Positions 38,939 through 52,700 of a stretch of DNA of 64,000 bases are shown piece by piece (position 1 is the first letter of the stretch; each line of letters opens with the position of its first letter). The DNA comes from Eledone cirrhosa (Eukaryota). Where the stretch lies: the NCBI GenBank assembly GCA_964016885.1, contig OZ024741.1:261268001-261332000 (forward strand). Reading direction: 5' to 3'. The notes beneath the pieces are model-generated. The model was given only the letters and a program-made list of their open reading frames with translations. It did no database searches and was not told the DNA's origin. The translations under genes were made by a program, and so were the position numbers.

Positions 38939-41900
38939 GTTTCGCTTCACGAGTGTTTCGGCGTACGAGTGTTTCGACTTACGAGTGTTTTAACTTACGG
39001 TTGTTTCGACTTACGCGTTTTTCGACTACGAATGTTCCGACTTACGAGTGTTTCGACTTACGAGTGTTTCGACTTACGAGTGCTTTGACATACGAATGTT
39101 TTGACTTCGACTTACGAGTGATCTGACTTACGAGGGTTCCTACTTACGAGTGTTTCGACTTACGAGTGTTTCGATTTGCGAGTGTTTCGACTTACGAGTG
39201 TTTCGGTGTTTCGGCTTACGTGTGTTTCGACTTACGAGTGTTTCGACTTACGAGTGTTTCGACTTGCGAGTGTTTCGACTTACGAGTGTTTCGGCTTACG
39301 AGTGTTTCGGTGTTTCGGCTTACGTGTGTTTCGACTTCACGAGTGTTTCGGCTTACGAGTGTTTCCGGATTACGAGTGTTTCGACTTGCGAGTGTTTCGC
39401 TTCACGAGTGTTTCGGCGTACGAGTGTTTCGACTTACGAGTGTTTTAACTTACGGTTGTTTCGACTTACGCGTTTTTCGACTACGAGTGTTCTGACTTAC
39501 GAGTGTTCTGACTTACGAGTGTTTTGACTTACGAGTGTTCTGACTTACGAGTGATCCGACTTACAGTGTTCCGACTTACGAGTGTTTCGGCTTACGAGTG
39601 TTTCCGGCTTACGAGTGATTCGACTTACGAGTGTTTTGACTTACGGGTGATTTGACTTACGGGTGTTGTGAATTACGAGTGTTCCGATTTACGAGTGTTT
39701 TGACTTACGGTGTTTCGGCTTACGAGTGATTCGACTTACGAATGTTTTGACTTACGGGTGTTTCGGCTTGCGAGTGTTTCGACTTACGAGTGTTTCGGCT
39801 TATGGGTGTTTCGACTTACTAATGTTTTTACTTACGAGTGTTTCGGCGTACGAGTGTTTTGACTTACGAGTGTTTCGACTTACGAATGTTTCGACTTACG
39901 AGTGTTTCGGCTTACGTGAGTTTCGACTTAAGAGTGTTCTGATTTACGAGTCTTCTGACTTGCGGGTGTTCTGATTTACGAGTGTTCCGACTTACGAGTG
40001 TTTCGGCTTATGAGTGTTTCGACTTACGAGTGTTTCGGCTTACGAGTGTTTCGACTTATGGCTGTTTCGACATACGAGTGTTTTGACTTACGGGTGTTTC
40101 GACTTACGAGTGTTTTTACTTACGAATGTTTTGACTTACGGGTGTTTCGGCTTACGAGTGTTTCGATTTACGAGTGTTTCGGCTTACGAGTGTTTCGACT
40201 TACTAATGTTCTTACTTACGAGTGTTTCGGCGTACGAGAGTTTTGACTTACGAGTGTTTCGACTTACGAGTGTTTCGACTTACGAGTGTTTTGACTTACG
40301 AATGTTTTGACTTACGGGTGTTTCGGCTTACGAGTGTTTCGACTTACGAGTCTTTCGGCTTACGAGTGTTTCGGCGTACGAGTGTTTCGACTTACGAGTG
40401 TTTCGACTTACGGGTGTTTTGACTTACGGGTGTTTCGGCTTACGAGTGTTTTGACTTACGAGTGTTCTGATTTACGGATGTTTCGACATACGAGTGTTTC
40501 GACTTACGAGTGTTTCGACTTATGAGTGTTTCGACTTACGAGTGTTTCGACTTACGAGTGTTTCGGCTTATGAGTGTTTCGACTTACGAGTGTTTTGACT
40601 TACGGTGTTTCGGCTTACGAGTGTTTCGACTTACGAGTGTTTTGACTTACGGGTGTTTTGACATACGAGTGTTTCGATACGAGTGTTCTGACTTACGAGT
40701 GTTCTGACTTACGAGTGTTCTGACTTACGAGTGTTTTGACTTACGAGTGTTCTGACTTACGAGAGTTCCGACTTACGAGTGTTCCGACTTACGAGTGTTT
40801 CGGCTTACGAGTGTTTCCGGCTTACGAGTGTTTCGACTTACGAGTGTTTTGACTTACGGTGTTTCGGCTTACGAGTGATTCGACTTACGAGTGTTTTGAC
40901 TTACGGGTGTTTTGACTTACGGGTGTTTTGACTTACGGTGTTTCGGCTTACGAGTGTTTTGACTTACGAGTGGTCTGACTTACGGGTGTTCTGACTTACC
41001 AGTGTTCCGACTTACGAGTGTTTCAGCTTATGAGTGTTTCGACTTACGAGTGCTTCGGTTTACGAGTGTTTCGACTTACGAGTGTTTCGGCTTATGAGTG
41101 TTTCGACTTACGAGTGTTTTGACTTATGGTGTTTCGGCTTACGAGTGTTTCGACATACGAGTGTTTTGACTTACGAGTGTTTCGACTTATGAGTGTTTCG
41201 ACTTACGAGTGTTTCGACTTACGAGTGTTTCGGCTTATGAGTGTTTCGACTTACGAGTGTTTTGACTTACGGTGTTTCGGCTTACGAGTGTTTCGACTTA
41301 CGAGTGTTTTGACTTACGGGTGTTTTGACATACGAGTGTTTCGATACGAGTGTTCTGACTTACGAGTGTTCTGACTTACGAGTGTTCTGACTTACGAGTG
41401 TTTTGACTTACGAGTGTTCTGACTTACGAGTGTTCCGACTTACGAGTGTTCCGACTTACGAGTGTTTCGGCTTACGAGTGTTTCCGGCTTACGAGTGTTT
41501 CGACTTACGAGTGTTTTGACTTAAGGTGTTTCGGCTTACGAGTGATTCGACTTACGAGTGTTTTGACTTACGGGTGTTTTGACTTACGGGTGTTGTGAAT
41601 TACGAGTGTTCCGATTTACGAGTGTTTCGGCTTATGAGTGTTTCGACTTACGAGTGTTTCGGCTTACGAGTGTTTCGACTTATGGGTGTTTCGACTTACG
41701 AGTGTTTTTACTTACGTTGTTTCGGCTTACGAGTGTTTCGACATACGAGTGTTCAGACTTACGAGTGTTCCGACTTACGAGCGTTCCGACTTACGAGTGT
41801 TTCGACTTACGAGTGTTAAGACTTACGGGTGTTTTGATATACGAGTGTTTCGATACGAGTGTTTCGACTTACGAGTGTTACGAGTGTTCTGACTTACGAG

Positions 41901-43291
41901 TGTTCTGACTTACGAGTGTTCTGACTTACGAGTGTTCTGACTTACGAGCGTTCTGACTTACGAGTGTTCGGACTTACGAGTGTTTCGGCTTACGAGTGTT
42001 TCGACTTACGAGTGTTCTGACTTACGAGTGTTCCGACTTACGAGCGTTCCGACTTACGAGTGTTTCGGCTTACAAGTGTTCCGACTTACGAGTGTTTCGA
42101 CTTACGAGTGTTTTGACTTACGGTGTTTCTGCTTACGAGTGTTTCGACTTACGAGTGTTAAGACTTACGGGTGTTTTGACATACGAGTGTTTCGATACGA
42201 GTGTTTCGACTTACGAGTGTTACGAGTGTTCTGACTTACGAGTGTTTCGACTTACGAGTGTTCTGACCTACAAGTGTTCTGACTTACGAGTGTTTCGACT
42301 TACGATTGTTTTTTTCGCTTACGGGTGTTTCGACTTACGCGTGTTTCGATTTACGAGTGTTTAGACTTACGAGTGTTTCGACTACGAATGTTCCGACTTA
42401 CGAGTGTTTCGACTTACGAGTGTTTCGACTTACGGGTGTTCCGACTTACGAGTGTTTCGGCTTACGATTGTTTCGAGTTACGAGTGTTTCGGTTTACGAG
42501 TGTTTCGACTTACGGGTGTTTTGACTTACGGTGTTTCGGCTTACGAGTGTTTTGACTTACGAGTGGTCTGACTTACGGGTGTTCTGACTTACCAGTGTTC
42601 CGACTTACGAGTGTTTCAGCTTATGAGTGTTTCGACTTACGAGTGCTTCGGTTTACGAGTGTTTCGACTTACGAGTGTTTCGGCTTATGAGTGTTTCGAC
42701 TTACGAGTGTTTTGACTTATGGTGTTTCGGCTTACGAGTGTTTCGACATACGAGTGTTTTGACTTACGGGTGTTTCGACTTACGGGTGTTTCGACGTAAG
42801 AGTGTTTCGACTTACGAGCGCTTCGACATACGAGTGTTTCGACTTACGAGTGTTTCGGCGTACGAGTGTTTTGACTTACGAGTGTTTCGACTTACGAGTG
42901 CTTTGACTTACGAATGTTTTGAATTACTTCGACTTACGAGTGATCTGACTTACGAGTTTTCCTACTTACGAGTGTTTCGACTTACGAGTGTTTCGACTTG
43001 CGAGTGTTCCGACTTACGAGTGTTTCGACTTACGAGTGTTCTGACTTACGAGTGTTCTGACTTACGAGTGTTCTGACTTACGAGTGTTCCGACTTACGAG
43101 TGTTACGACTTACGAGTGTTTTGACTTACGAATGTTCTGACTTACGGGTGTTTCGCCTTACGAGTGTTTCGACTTACGAGTGTTTTAACTTACGGGTGTT
43201 TCGACTTAGGCGTGTTTCGACTTACGAATGTTCCGACTTACGAGTGTTTCTACTTACGAGTGTTTCGGCTTACGAGTGTTTCGACTTACGA

Positions 43292-43360
43292 AAATAACAA
43301 ATAGACGCGGTTTCAAATCTCTATGCTTTTCAAATTCATTACATTAATCTTTATTTATAC
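43292..43360. repeat. 69-bp AT-rich segment, allele B, copy 13 (last in window)
   Basis: Same as copy 12, offset +4422. Confidence 0.95.
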
Positions 43361-43760
43361 GTTTCGCTTCACGAGTGTTTCGGCGTACGAGTGTTTCGAC
43401 TTACGAGTGTTTTAACTTACGGTTGTTTCGACTTACGCGTTTTTCGACTACGAATGTTCCGACTTACGAGTGTTTCGACTTACGAGTGTTTCGACTTACG
43501 AGTGCTTTGACATACGAATGTTTTGACTTCGACTTACGAGTGATCTGACTTACGAGGGTTCCTACTTACGAGTGTTTCGACTTACGAGTGTTTCGATTTG
43601 CGAGTGTTTCGACTTACGAGTGTTTCGGTGTTTCGGCTTACGTGTGTTTCGACTTACGAGTGTTTCGACTTACGAGTGTTTCGACTTGCGAGTGTTTCGA
43701 CTTACGAGTGTTTCGGCTTACGAGTGTTTCGGTGTTTCGGCTTACGTGTGTTTCGACTTC

Positions 43761-46700
43761 CGAGTGTTTCGACTTACGGGTGTTTTGACTTACGACTGTT
43801 TCGGCTTACGAGTGTTTTGACTTACGAGTGTTTTGACTTAAGGGTGTTTCGACTTACGAGTATTTTTGGCTTACGAGTGTTTCGACTTACGAGTGTTTTG
43901 ACTTACGGGGGTTTTGACATACGAGTGTTTCGATACGAGTGTTCTGACTTACGAGTGTTCTGACTTACGAGTGTTTTGACTTACGAGTGTTCTGACTTAC
44001 GAGTGTTCCGACTTACGAGTGTTCCGACTTACGAGTGTTTCGGCTTACGAGTGTTTCCGGCTTACGAGTGTTTCGACTTCCGAGTGTTTTGACTTACGGT
44101 GTTTCGGCTTACGAGTGATTCGACTTACGAGTGTTTTGACCTACGGGTGATTTGACTTACGGGTGTTGTGAATTACGAGTGTTCCGATTTACGAGTGTTT
44201 TGACTTACGGTGTTTCGGCTTACGAGTGATTCGACTTACGAATGTTTTGACTTACGGGTGTTTCGGCTTGCGAGTGTTTCGACTTACGAGTGTTTCGGCT
44301 TATGGGTGTTTCGACTTACTAATGTTTTTACTTACGAGTGTTTCGGCGTACGAGTGTTTTGACTTACGAGTGTTTCGACTTACGAGTGTTTCGACTTTCG
44401 AGTGTTTTGACTTACGGTGTTTCGGCTTACGAGTGATTCGACTTACGAGTGTATTGACTTACGGGTGTTTTGACTTACGGGTGTTGTGAATTACCAGTGT
44501 TCCGATTTACGAGTGTTTTGACTTACGGTGTTTCGGCTTGCGAGTGTTTCGACTTACGAGTGTTTCGGCTTATGAGTGTTTCGACTTACTAATGTTTTTA
44601 CTTACGAGTGTTTCGGCGTTCGAGTGTTTTGACTTACGAGTGTTTCGACTTACGAGTGTTTTGACTTACGAATGTTTTGATTTACGGGTGTTTCGGCTTA
44701 CGGGTGTTTCGACTTACGAGTGTTTCGACTTATGAGTGTTTCGACTTACGAGTGTTCTGACTTACGAGTGTTCTGACTTACGAGTGTTCCGACTTACGAG
44801 TGTTTCGGTTTACGAGTGTTTCGACATACGAGTGTTTTGACTTACGGGTGTTTCGACTTACGGGTGTTTCGACTTACGAGTGTTTCGGCTTACGAGTGTT
44901 TCGACTTACTAATGTTTTTACTTACGAGTGTTTCGGTGTACGAATGTTTTGACTTAAGGATGTTTCGACTTACGAGTGTTTCGACTTACGAGTGTTTCGG
45001 CTTACGTGAGTTTCGACTTAAGAGTGTTCTGATTTACGAGTGTTCTGACCTGCGGGTGTTCTGATTTACGAGTGTTCCGACTTACGAGTGTTTCGGCTTA
45101 TGAGTGTTTCGACTTACGAGTGTTTCGGCTTACGAGTGTTTCTACTTATGGGTGTTTCGACATACGAGTGTTTTTACTTACGGTGTTTCGGCTTACGAGT
45201 GTTTCGACATACGAGTGTTTTGACTTACGGGTGTTTCGACTTACGAGTGTTTTGACTTACGAATGTTTTGACTTACGGGTGTTTCGGCTTACGAGTGTTT
45301 CGACTTACGAGTGTTTCGGCTTACGAGTGTTTCGACTTACTAATGTTTTTACTTACGAGTGTTTCGGCGTACGAGAGTTTTGACTTACGAGTGTTTCGAC
45401 TTACGAGTGTTTTGACTTACGAATGTTTTGACTTACGGGTGTTTCGTCTTACGAGTGTTTCGACTTACGAGTCTTTCGGCTTACGAGTGTTTCGACTTAC
45501 TAATGTTTTTACTTACGAGTGTTTCGGCGTACGAGTGTTTCGACTTACGAGTGTTTCGACTTACGGGTGTTTTGACTTAGGGGTGTTTCGGCTTACGAGT
45601 GTTTCGAATTACGAGTGTTTTGACTTAAGGGTGTTTCGACTTACGAGTGTTTCGACGTACGAATGTTTTGGCTTACGAGTGTTTCGGCTTATGAGTGTTT
45701 CGACTTACGAGTGTTTCGACTTACGAGTGTTTCGGCTTACGAGTGTTTCGACTTACGAGTGTTTCGGCTTACGAGTGTTTCAGTGTTTCGGCTTACGTGT
45801 GTTTCGACTTACGAGTGTTTCGACTTACGACTGTTTCGGCTTACGAGTGTTTCGGCTTACGAGTGTTTCGGCTTACGAGTGTTTTGACTTACGAGTGTTT
45901 TGACTTACCATTGTTTGGCTTACGAGTGTTCTGACTTACGGGTGTTCTGACTTACGAGTGTTCCGACTTACGAGTGTTTCGGCTTATGAGGGTTTCGACT
46001 TACGAGTGCTTCGGCTTACGAGTGTTTCGACTTACGAGTGTTTCGGCTTACGAGTGTTTCGACTTACGAGTGTTTCGACTTACGAGTGTTTTGACTTACG
46101 GTGTTTCGGCTTACGAGTGTTTCGACATACGAGTGTTTTGACGTACGGGTGTTTCGACTTACAGGACTTTCGACTTAAGAGTGTTTCGACTTACGAGCGC
46201 TTCGACTTACGAGTATTTCGACTTACGAGTGTTTCGGCGTATGAGTGTTTTGACTTACGAGTGTTTCGACTTACGAGTGTTTCGACTTACGAGTGTTTCG
46301 ACTTACGAGTGTTTCGACTTACGGGTGTTTTGACATACGAGTGTTTCGATACGAGTGTTCTGACTTACGAGTGTTCTGACTTACGAGTGTTCTGACTTAC
46401 GAGTGTTTCGACATACGAGTGTTTTGACTTACGGGTGTTTCGACTTACGAGTGTTTTGACTTACGAATGTTTTGACTTACGGGTGTTTCGGCTTACGAGT
46501 GTTTCGACTTACGAGTGTTTCGGATTACGAGTGTTTCGACTTACTAATGTTTTTACTTACGAGTGTTTCGGCGTACGAGAGTTTTGACTTACGATTGTTT
46601 CGACTTACGGGTGTTTTGACTTACGGGTGTTTCGGCTTACGAGTGTTTTGACTTACGAGTGTTTTGACTTAAGGGTGTTTCGACTTACGAGTATTTTTGG

Positions 46701-49700
46701 CTTACGAGTGTTTTGACTTACGAGTGTTCTGATTTACGGATGTTTCGACATACGAGTGTTTCGACTTACGAGTGTTTCGACTTATGAGTGTTTCGACTTA
46801 CGAGTGTTTCGACTTACGAGTGTTTCGGCTTATGATTGTTTCGACTTACGAGTGTTTTGACTTACGGTGTTTCAGCTTACGAGTGTTTCGACTTACGAGT
46901 GTTTTGACTTACGGGTGTTTTGACATACGAGTGTTTCGATACGAGTGTTCTGACTTACGAGTGTTCTGAATACGAGTGTTTTGACTTACGAGTGTTCTGA
47001 CTTACGAGTGTTCCGACTTACGAGTGTTTCGGCTTACGAGTGTTTCCGGCTTACGAGTGTTTCGACTTACGAGTGTTTTGACTTACAGTGTTTCGGCTTA
47101 CGAGTGATTCGACTTACGAGTGTTTTGACTTACGGGTGTTTTGACTTACGGGTGTTGTGAATTACGAGTGTTCCGATTTACGAGTGTTTTGACTTACGGT
47201 GTTTCGGCTTACGAGTGATTCGACTTACGAATGTTTTGACTTACGGGTGTTTCGGCTTGCGAGTGTTTCGACTTACGAGTGTTTCGGCTTATGAGTGTTT
47301 CGACTTACTAATGTTTTTACTTACGAGTGTTCTGACTTACGAGTGTTCCGACGTACGAGTGTTCCGACTTACGAGTGTTTCGGCTTACGAGTGTTTCCGG
47401 CTTACGAGTGTTTCGACTTACGAGTGTTTCGACTTACGGGTGTTTTGACTTACGGTGTTTCGACTTACCAGTGATTCGACTTACGAGTGTTTTGACTTAC
47501 GGTGTTTCGGCTTACGAGTGATTCGACTTACGAATGTTTTGATTTACGGGTGTTTCGGCTTGCTAGTGTTTCGACTTACGAGTGTTTCGGCTTATGAGTG
47601 TTTCGACTTACTACTGTTTTTACTTACGAGTGTTTTGGCGTACGAGTGTTTTGACTTACGAGTGTTTCGACTTACGAGTGTTTTGACTTACGAATGTTTT
47701 GACTTACGGGTGTTTCGGCTTACGAGTGTTTCGACTTACGAGTGTTTCGGCTTGCGAGTGTTTCGACTTACTAATGTTTTTACTTACGAGTTTTTCGGCG
47801 TTCGAGTGTTGCGACTTACGAGTGTTTCGACTTACGGGTGTTTTGACTTAAAGGTGTTTCGACTTACAAGTGTTTCGACTTACGAGTGTTTCGACTTACG
47901 AGTGTTCTGACTTACGAGTGTTCTGATTTACGGATGTTTCGACATACGAGTGTTTCGACTTAGGAGTGTTTCGACTTACGAGTGTTTTGACTTACGGGTG
48001 TTCTGACTTACGAGTGTTCTGACTTACGAGTGTTCTGATTTACGAGTGTTCCGACTTACGAGTGTTTCGGCTTACGAGTGTTTCGGCTTACGAGTGTTTC
48101 GGCTTACGAGTGTTTCCGGCTTACGAGTGTTTCGACTTACGAGTGTTTCGACTTTCGAGTGTTTTGACTTACGGTGTTTCGGCTTACGAGTGATTCGACT
48201 TACGAGTGTTTTGACTTACGGGTGTTTTGACTTACGGGTGTTGTGAATTACCAGTGTTCCGATTTACGAGTGTTTTGACTTACGGTGTTTCGGCTTGCGA
48301 GTGTTTCGACTTACGAGTGTTTCGGCTTATGAGTGTTTCGACTTACTAATGTTTTTACTTACGAGTGTTTCGGCGTTCGAGTGTTTTGAATTACGAGTGT
48401 TTCGACTTACGAGTGTTCCGACTTACGAGTGTTTCGGTTTACGAGTGTTTCGACATTCGAGTGTTTTGACTTACGGGTGTTTCGACTTACGGGTGTTTCG
48501 ACTTACGAGTGTTTCGGCTTACGAGTGTTTCGACTTACTAATGTTTTTACTTACGAGTGTTTCGGTGTACGAATGTTTTGACTTAAGGATGTTTCGACTT
48601 ACGAGTGTTTCGAATTACGAGTGTTTCGGCTTACGTGAGTTTCGACTTAAGAGTGTTCGTATTTACGAGTGTTCTGACCTGCGGGTGTTCTGATTTACGA
48701 GTGTTCCGACTTACGAGTGTTTCGGCTTATGAGTGTTTCGACTTACGAGTGTTTCGGCTTACGAGTGTTTCTACTTATGGGTGTTTCGACATACGAGTGT
48801 TTTTATTTACGGTGTTTCGGCTTACGAGTGTTTCGACATACGAGTGTTTTGACTTACGGGTGTTTCGACTTACGAGTGTTTTGACTTACGAATGTTTTGA
48901 CTTACGGGTGTTTCGGCTTACGAGTGTTTCGACTTACGAGTGTTTCGGCTTACGAGTGTTTCGACTTACTAATGTTTTTACTTGCGAGTGTTTCGGCGTA
49001 CGAGTGTTTCGACTTACGAGTGTTTCGACTTACGGGTGTTTTGACTTAAGGGTGTTTCGACTTACGAGTGTTTCGACGTACGAATGTTTTGGCTTACGAG
49101 TGTTTCGGCTTATGAGTGTTTCGACTTACGAGTGTTTCGACTTACGAGTGTTTCGGCTTACGAGTGTTTCGACTTACGAGTGTTTCGGCTTACGAGTGTT
49201 TCAGTGTTTCGGCTTACGTGTGTTTCGACTTACGAGTGTTTCGACTTACGACTGTTTCGGCTTACGAGTGTTTCGGCTTACGAGTGTTTCGGCTTACGAG
49301 TGTTTTGACTTAGGAGTGTTTTGACTTACCATTGTTTGGCTTACGAGTGTTCTGACTTACGGGTGTTCTGACTTACGAGTGTTCCGACTTACGAGTGTTT
49401 CGGCTTATGAGGGTTTCGACTTACGAGTGCTTCGGCTTACGAGTGTTTCGACTTACGAGTGTTTCGGCTTACGAGTGTTTCGACTTACGAGTGTTTCGAC
49501 TTACGAGTGTTTTGACTTACGGTGTTTCGGCTTACGAGTGTTTCGACATACGAGTGTTTTGACGTACGGGTGTTTCGACTTACAGGACTTTCGACTTAAG
49601 AGTGTTTCGACTTACGAGCGTTTCGACTTACGAGTATTTCGACTTACGAGTGTTTCGGCGTATGAGTGTTTTGACTTACGAGTGTTTCGACTTACGAGTG

Positions 49701-52700
49701 TTTCGACTTACGAGTGTTTCGACTTACGAGTGTTTCGACTTACGAGTGTTTCGACTTACGGGTGTTTTGACATACGAGTGTTTCGATACGAGTGTTCTGA
49801 CTTACGAGTGTTCTGACTTACGAGTGTTCTGACTTACGAGTGTTTCGACATACGAGTGTTTTGACTTACGGGTGTTTCGACTTACGAGTGTTTTGACTTA
49901 CGAATGTTTTGACTTACGGGTGTTTCGGCTTACGAGTGTTTCGGCTTACGAGTGTTTCGACTTACTAATGTTTTTACTTACGAGTGTTTCGGCGTACGAG
50001 AGTTTTGACTTACGATTGTTTCGACTTACGAGTTTTTCGACTTACGAGTATCTTGACTTACGAATGTTTTGACTTACGGGTATTTCGGCTTACGAGTGTT
50101 TCGACTTACGAGTCTTTCGGCTTACGAGTGTTTCGACTTACTAATGTTTTTACTTACGAGTGTTTCGGTGTACGAGTGTTTCGACTTCCGAGTGTTTCGA
50201 CTTACGGGTGTTTTGACTTACGGGTGTTTCGGCTTACGAGTGTTTTGACTTACGAGTGTTTTGACTTAAGGGTGTTTCGACTTACGAGTATTTTTGGCTT
50301 ACGAGTGTTTTGACTTACGAGTGTTCTGATTTACGGATGTTTCGACATACGAGTGTTTCGACTTACGAGTGTTTCGACTTATGAGTGTTTCGACTTACGA
50401 GTGTTTCGACTTACGAGTGTTTCGGCTTATGATTGTTTCGACTTACGAGTGTTTTGACTTACGGTGTTTCAGCTTACGAGTATTTCGACTTACGAGTGTT
50501 TTGACTTACGGGTGTTTTGACATACGAGTGTTTCGATACGAGTGTTCTGACTTACGAGTGTTCTGAATACGAGTGTTTTGACTTACGAGTGTTCTGACTT
50601 ACGAGTGTTCCGACTTACGAGTGTTTCGGCTTACGAGTGTTTCCGGCTTACGAGTGTTTCGACTTACGAGTGTTTTGACTTACGGTGTTTCGGCTTACGA
50701 GTGATTCGACTTACGAGTGTTTTGACTTACGGGTGTTTTGACTTACGGGTGTTGTGAATTACGAGTGTTCCGATTTACGAGTGTTTTGACTTACGGTGTT
50801 TCGGCTTACGAGTGATTCGACTTACGAATGTTTTGACTTACGGGTGTTTCGGCTTGCGAGTGTTTCGACTTACGAGTGTTTCGGCTTATGAGTGTTTCGA
50901 CTTACTAATGTTTTTACTTACGAGTGTTCTGACTTACGAGTGTTCCGACGTACGAGTGTTCCGACTTACGAGTGTTTCGGCATACGAGTGTTTCCGGCTT
51001 ACGAGTGTTTCGACTTACGAGTGTTTCGACTTACGAGTGTTTTGACTTACGGTGTTTCGACTTACCAGTGATTCGACTTACGAGTGTTTTGACTTACGGG
51101 TGTTTTGACTTACGGGTGTTGTGAATTACGAGTGTTCCGATTTACGAGTGTTTTGACTTACGGTGTTTCGGCTTACGAGTGATTCGACTTACGAATGTTT
51201 TGATTTACGGGTGTTTCGGCTTGCTAGTGTTTCGACTTACGAGTGTTTCGGCTTATGAGTGTTTCGACTTACTACTGTTTTTACTTACGAGTGTTTCGGC
51301 GTACGAGTGTTTTGACTTACGAGTGTTTCGACTTACGAGTGTTTTGACTTACGAATGTTTTGACTTACGGGTGTTTCGGCTTACGAGTGTTTCGACTTAC
51401 GAGTGTTTCGGCTTGCGAGTGTTTCGACTTACTAATGTTTTTACTTACGAGTTTTTCGGCGTTCGAGTGTTGCGACTTACGAGTGTTTCGACTTACGGGT
51501 GTTTTTACTTAAGGGTGTTTCGACTTACAAGTGTTTCGACTTACGAGTGTTTCGACTTACGAGTGTTCCGACTTACGAGTGTTTCGGTTTACGAGTGTTT
51601 CGACATTCGAGTGTTTTGACTTACGGGTGTTTCGACTTACGGGTGTTTCGACTTACGAGTGTTTCGGCTTACGAGTGTTTCGACTTACTAATGTTTTTAC
51701 TTACGAGTGTTTCGGTGTACGAATGTTTTGACTTAAGGATGTTTCGACTTACGAGTGTTTCGACCTACGAGTGTTTCGGCTTACGTGAGTTTCGACTTAA
51801 GAGTGTTCTGATTTACGAGTGTTCTGACTTGCGGGTGTTCTGATTTACGAGTGTTCCGACTTACGAGTGTTTCGGCTTATGAGTGTTTCGACTTACGAGT
51901 GTTTCGGCTTACGAGTGTTTCTACTTATGGGTGTTTCGGCTTACGAGTGTTTTGACTTACGAGTGTTTTGACTTAAGGGTGTTTCGACTTACGAGTATTT
52001 TTGGCTTACGAGTGTTTCGACTTACGAGTGTTTTGAATTACGAGTGTTCTGATTTACGGATGTTTCGACATACGAGTGTTTCGACTTACGAGTGTTTCGA
52101 CTTATGAGTGTTTCGACTTACGAGTGTTTCGACTTACGAGTGTTTCGGCTTATGAATGTTTCGACTTACGAGTGTTCTGACTTACGAGTGTTCTGACTTA
52201 CGAGTGTTTTGACTTACGAGTGTTCTGACTTACGAGTGTTCCGACTTACGAGTGTTCCGACTTACGAGTGTTTCGGCTTACGAGTGTTTCCGGCTTACGA
52301 GTGTTTCGACTTACGAGTGTTTTGACTTACGGTGTTTCGACTTACCAGTGATTCGACTTACGAGTGTTTTGACTTACGGGTGTTTTGACTTACGGGTGTT
52401 GTGAATTACGAGTGTTCCGATTTACGAGTGTTTTGACTTACGGTGTTTCGGCTTACGAGTGATTCGACTTACGAATGTTTTGATTTACGGCTGTTTCGGC
52501 TTGCTAGTGTTTCGACTTACGAGTGTTTCGGCTTATGAGTGTTTCGACTTACTACTGTTTTTACTTACGAGTGTTTCGGCGTACGAGTGTTTTGACTTAC
52601 GAGTGTTTCGACTTGCGAGTGTTTCGACTTACTAATGTTTTTACTTACGAGTTTTTCGGCGTACGAGTGTTTCGACTTACGAGTGTTTCGACTTACGGGT

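Larger units (their letters stand above)
31075..43760 (+). repeat. Second HOR family, ~4-kb unit, 3 copies (starts ~31075, ~35122, ~39482), each ending with the AT-rich segment
   Basis: Matching ORFs at 31319/35366/39726 and 33252/37157/41579. AT-rich segments at 34965, 38870 and 43292 (spacing 3905 and 4422). Confidence 0.9.
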
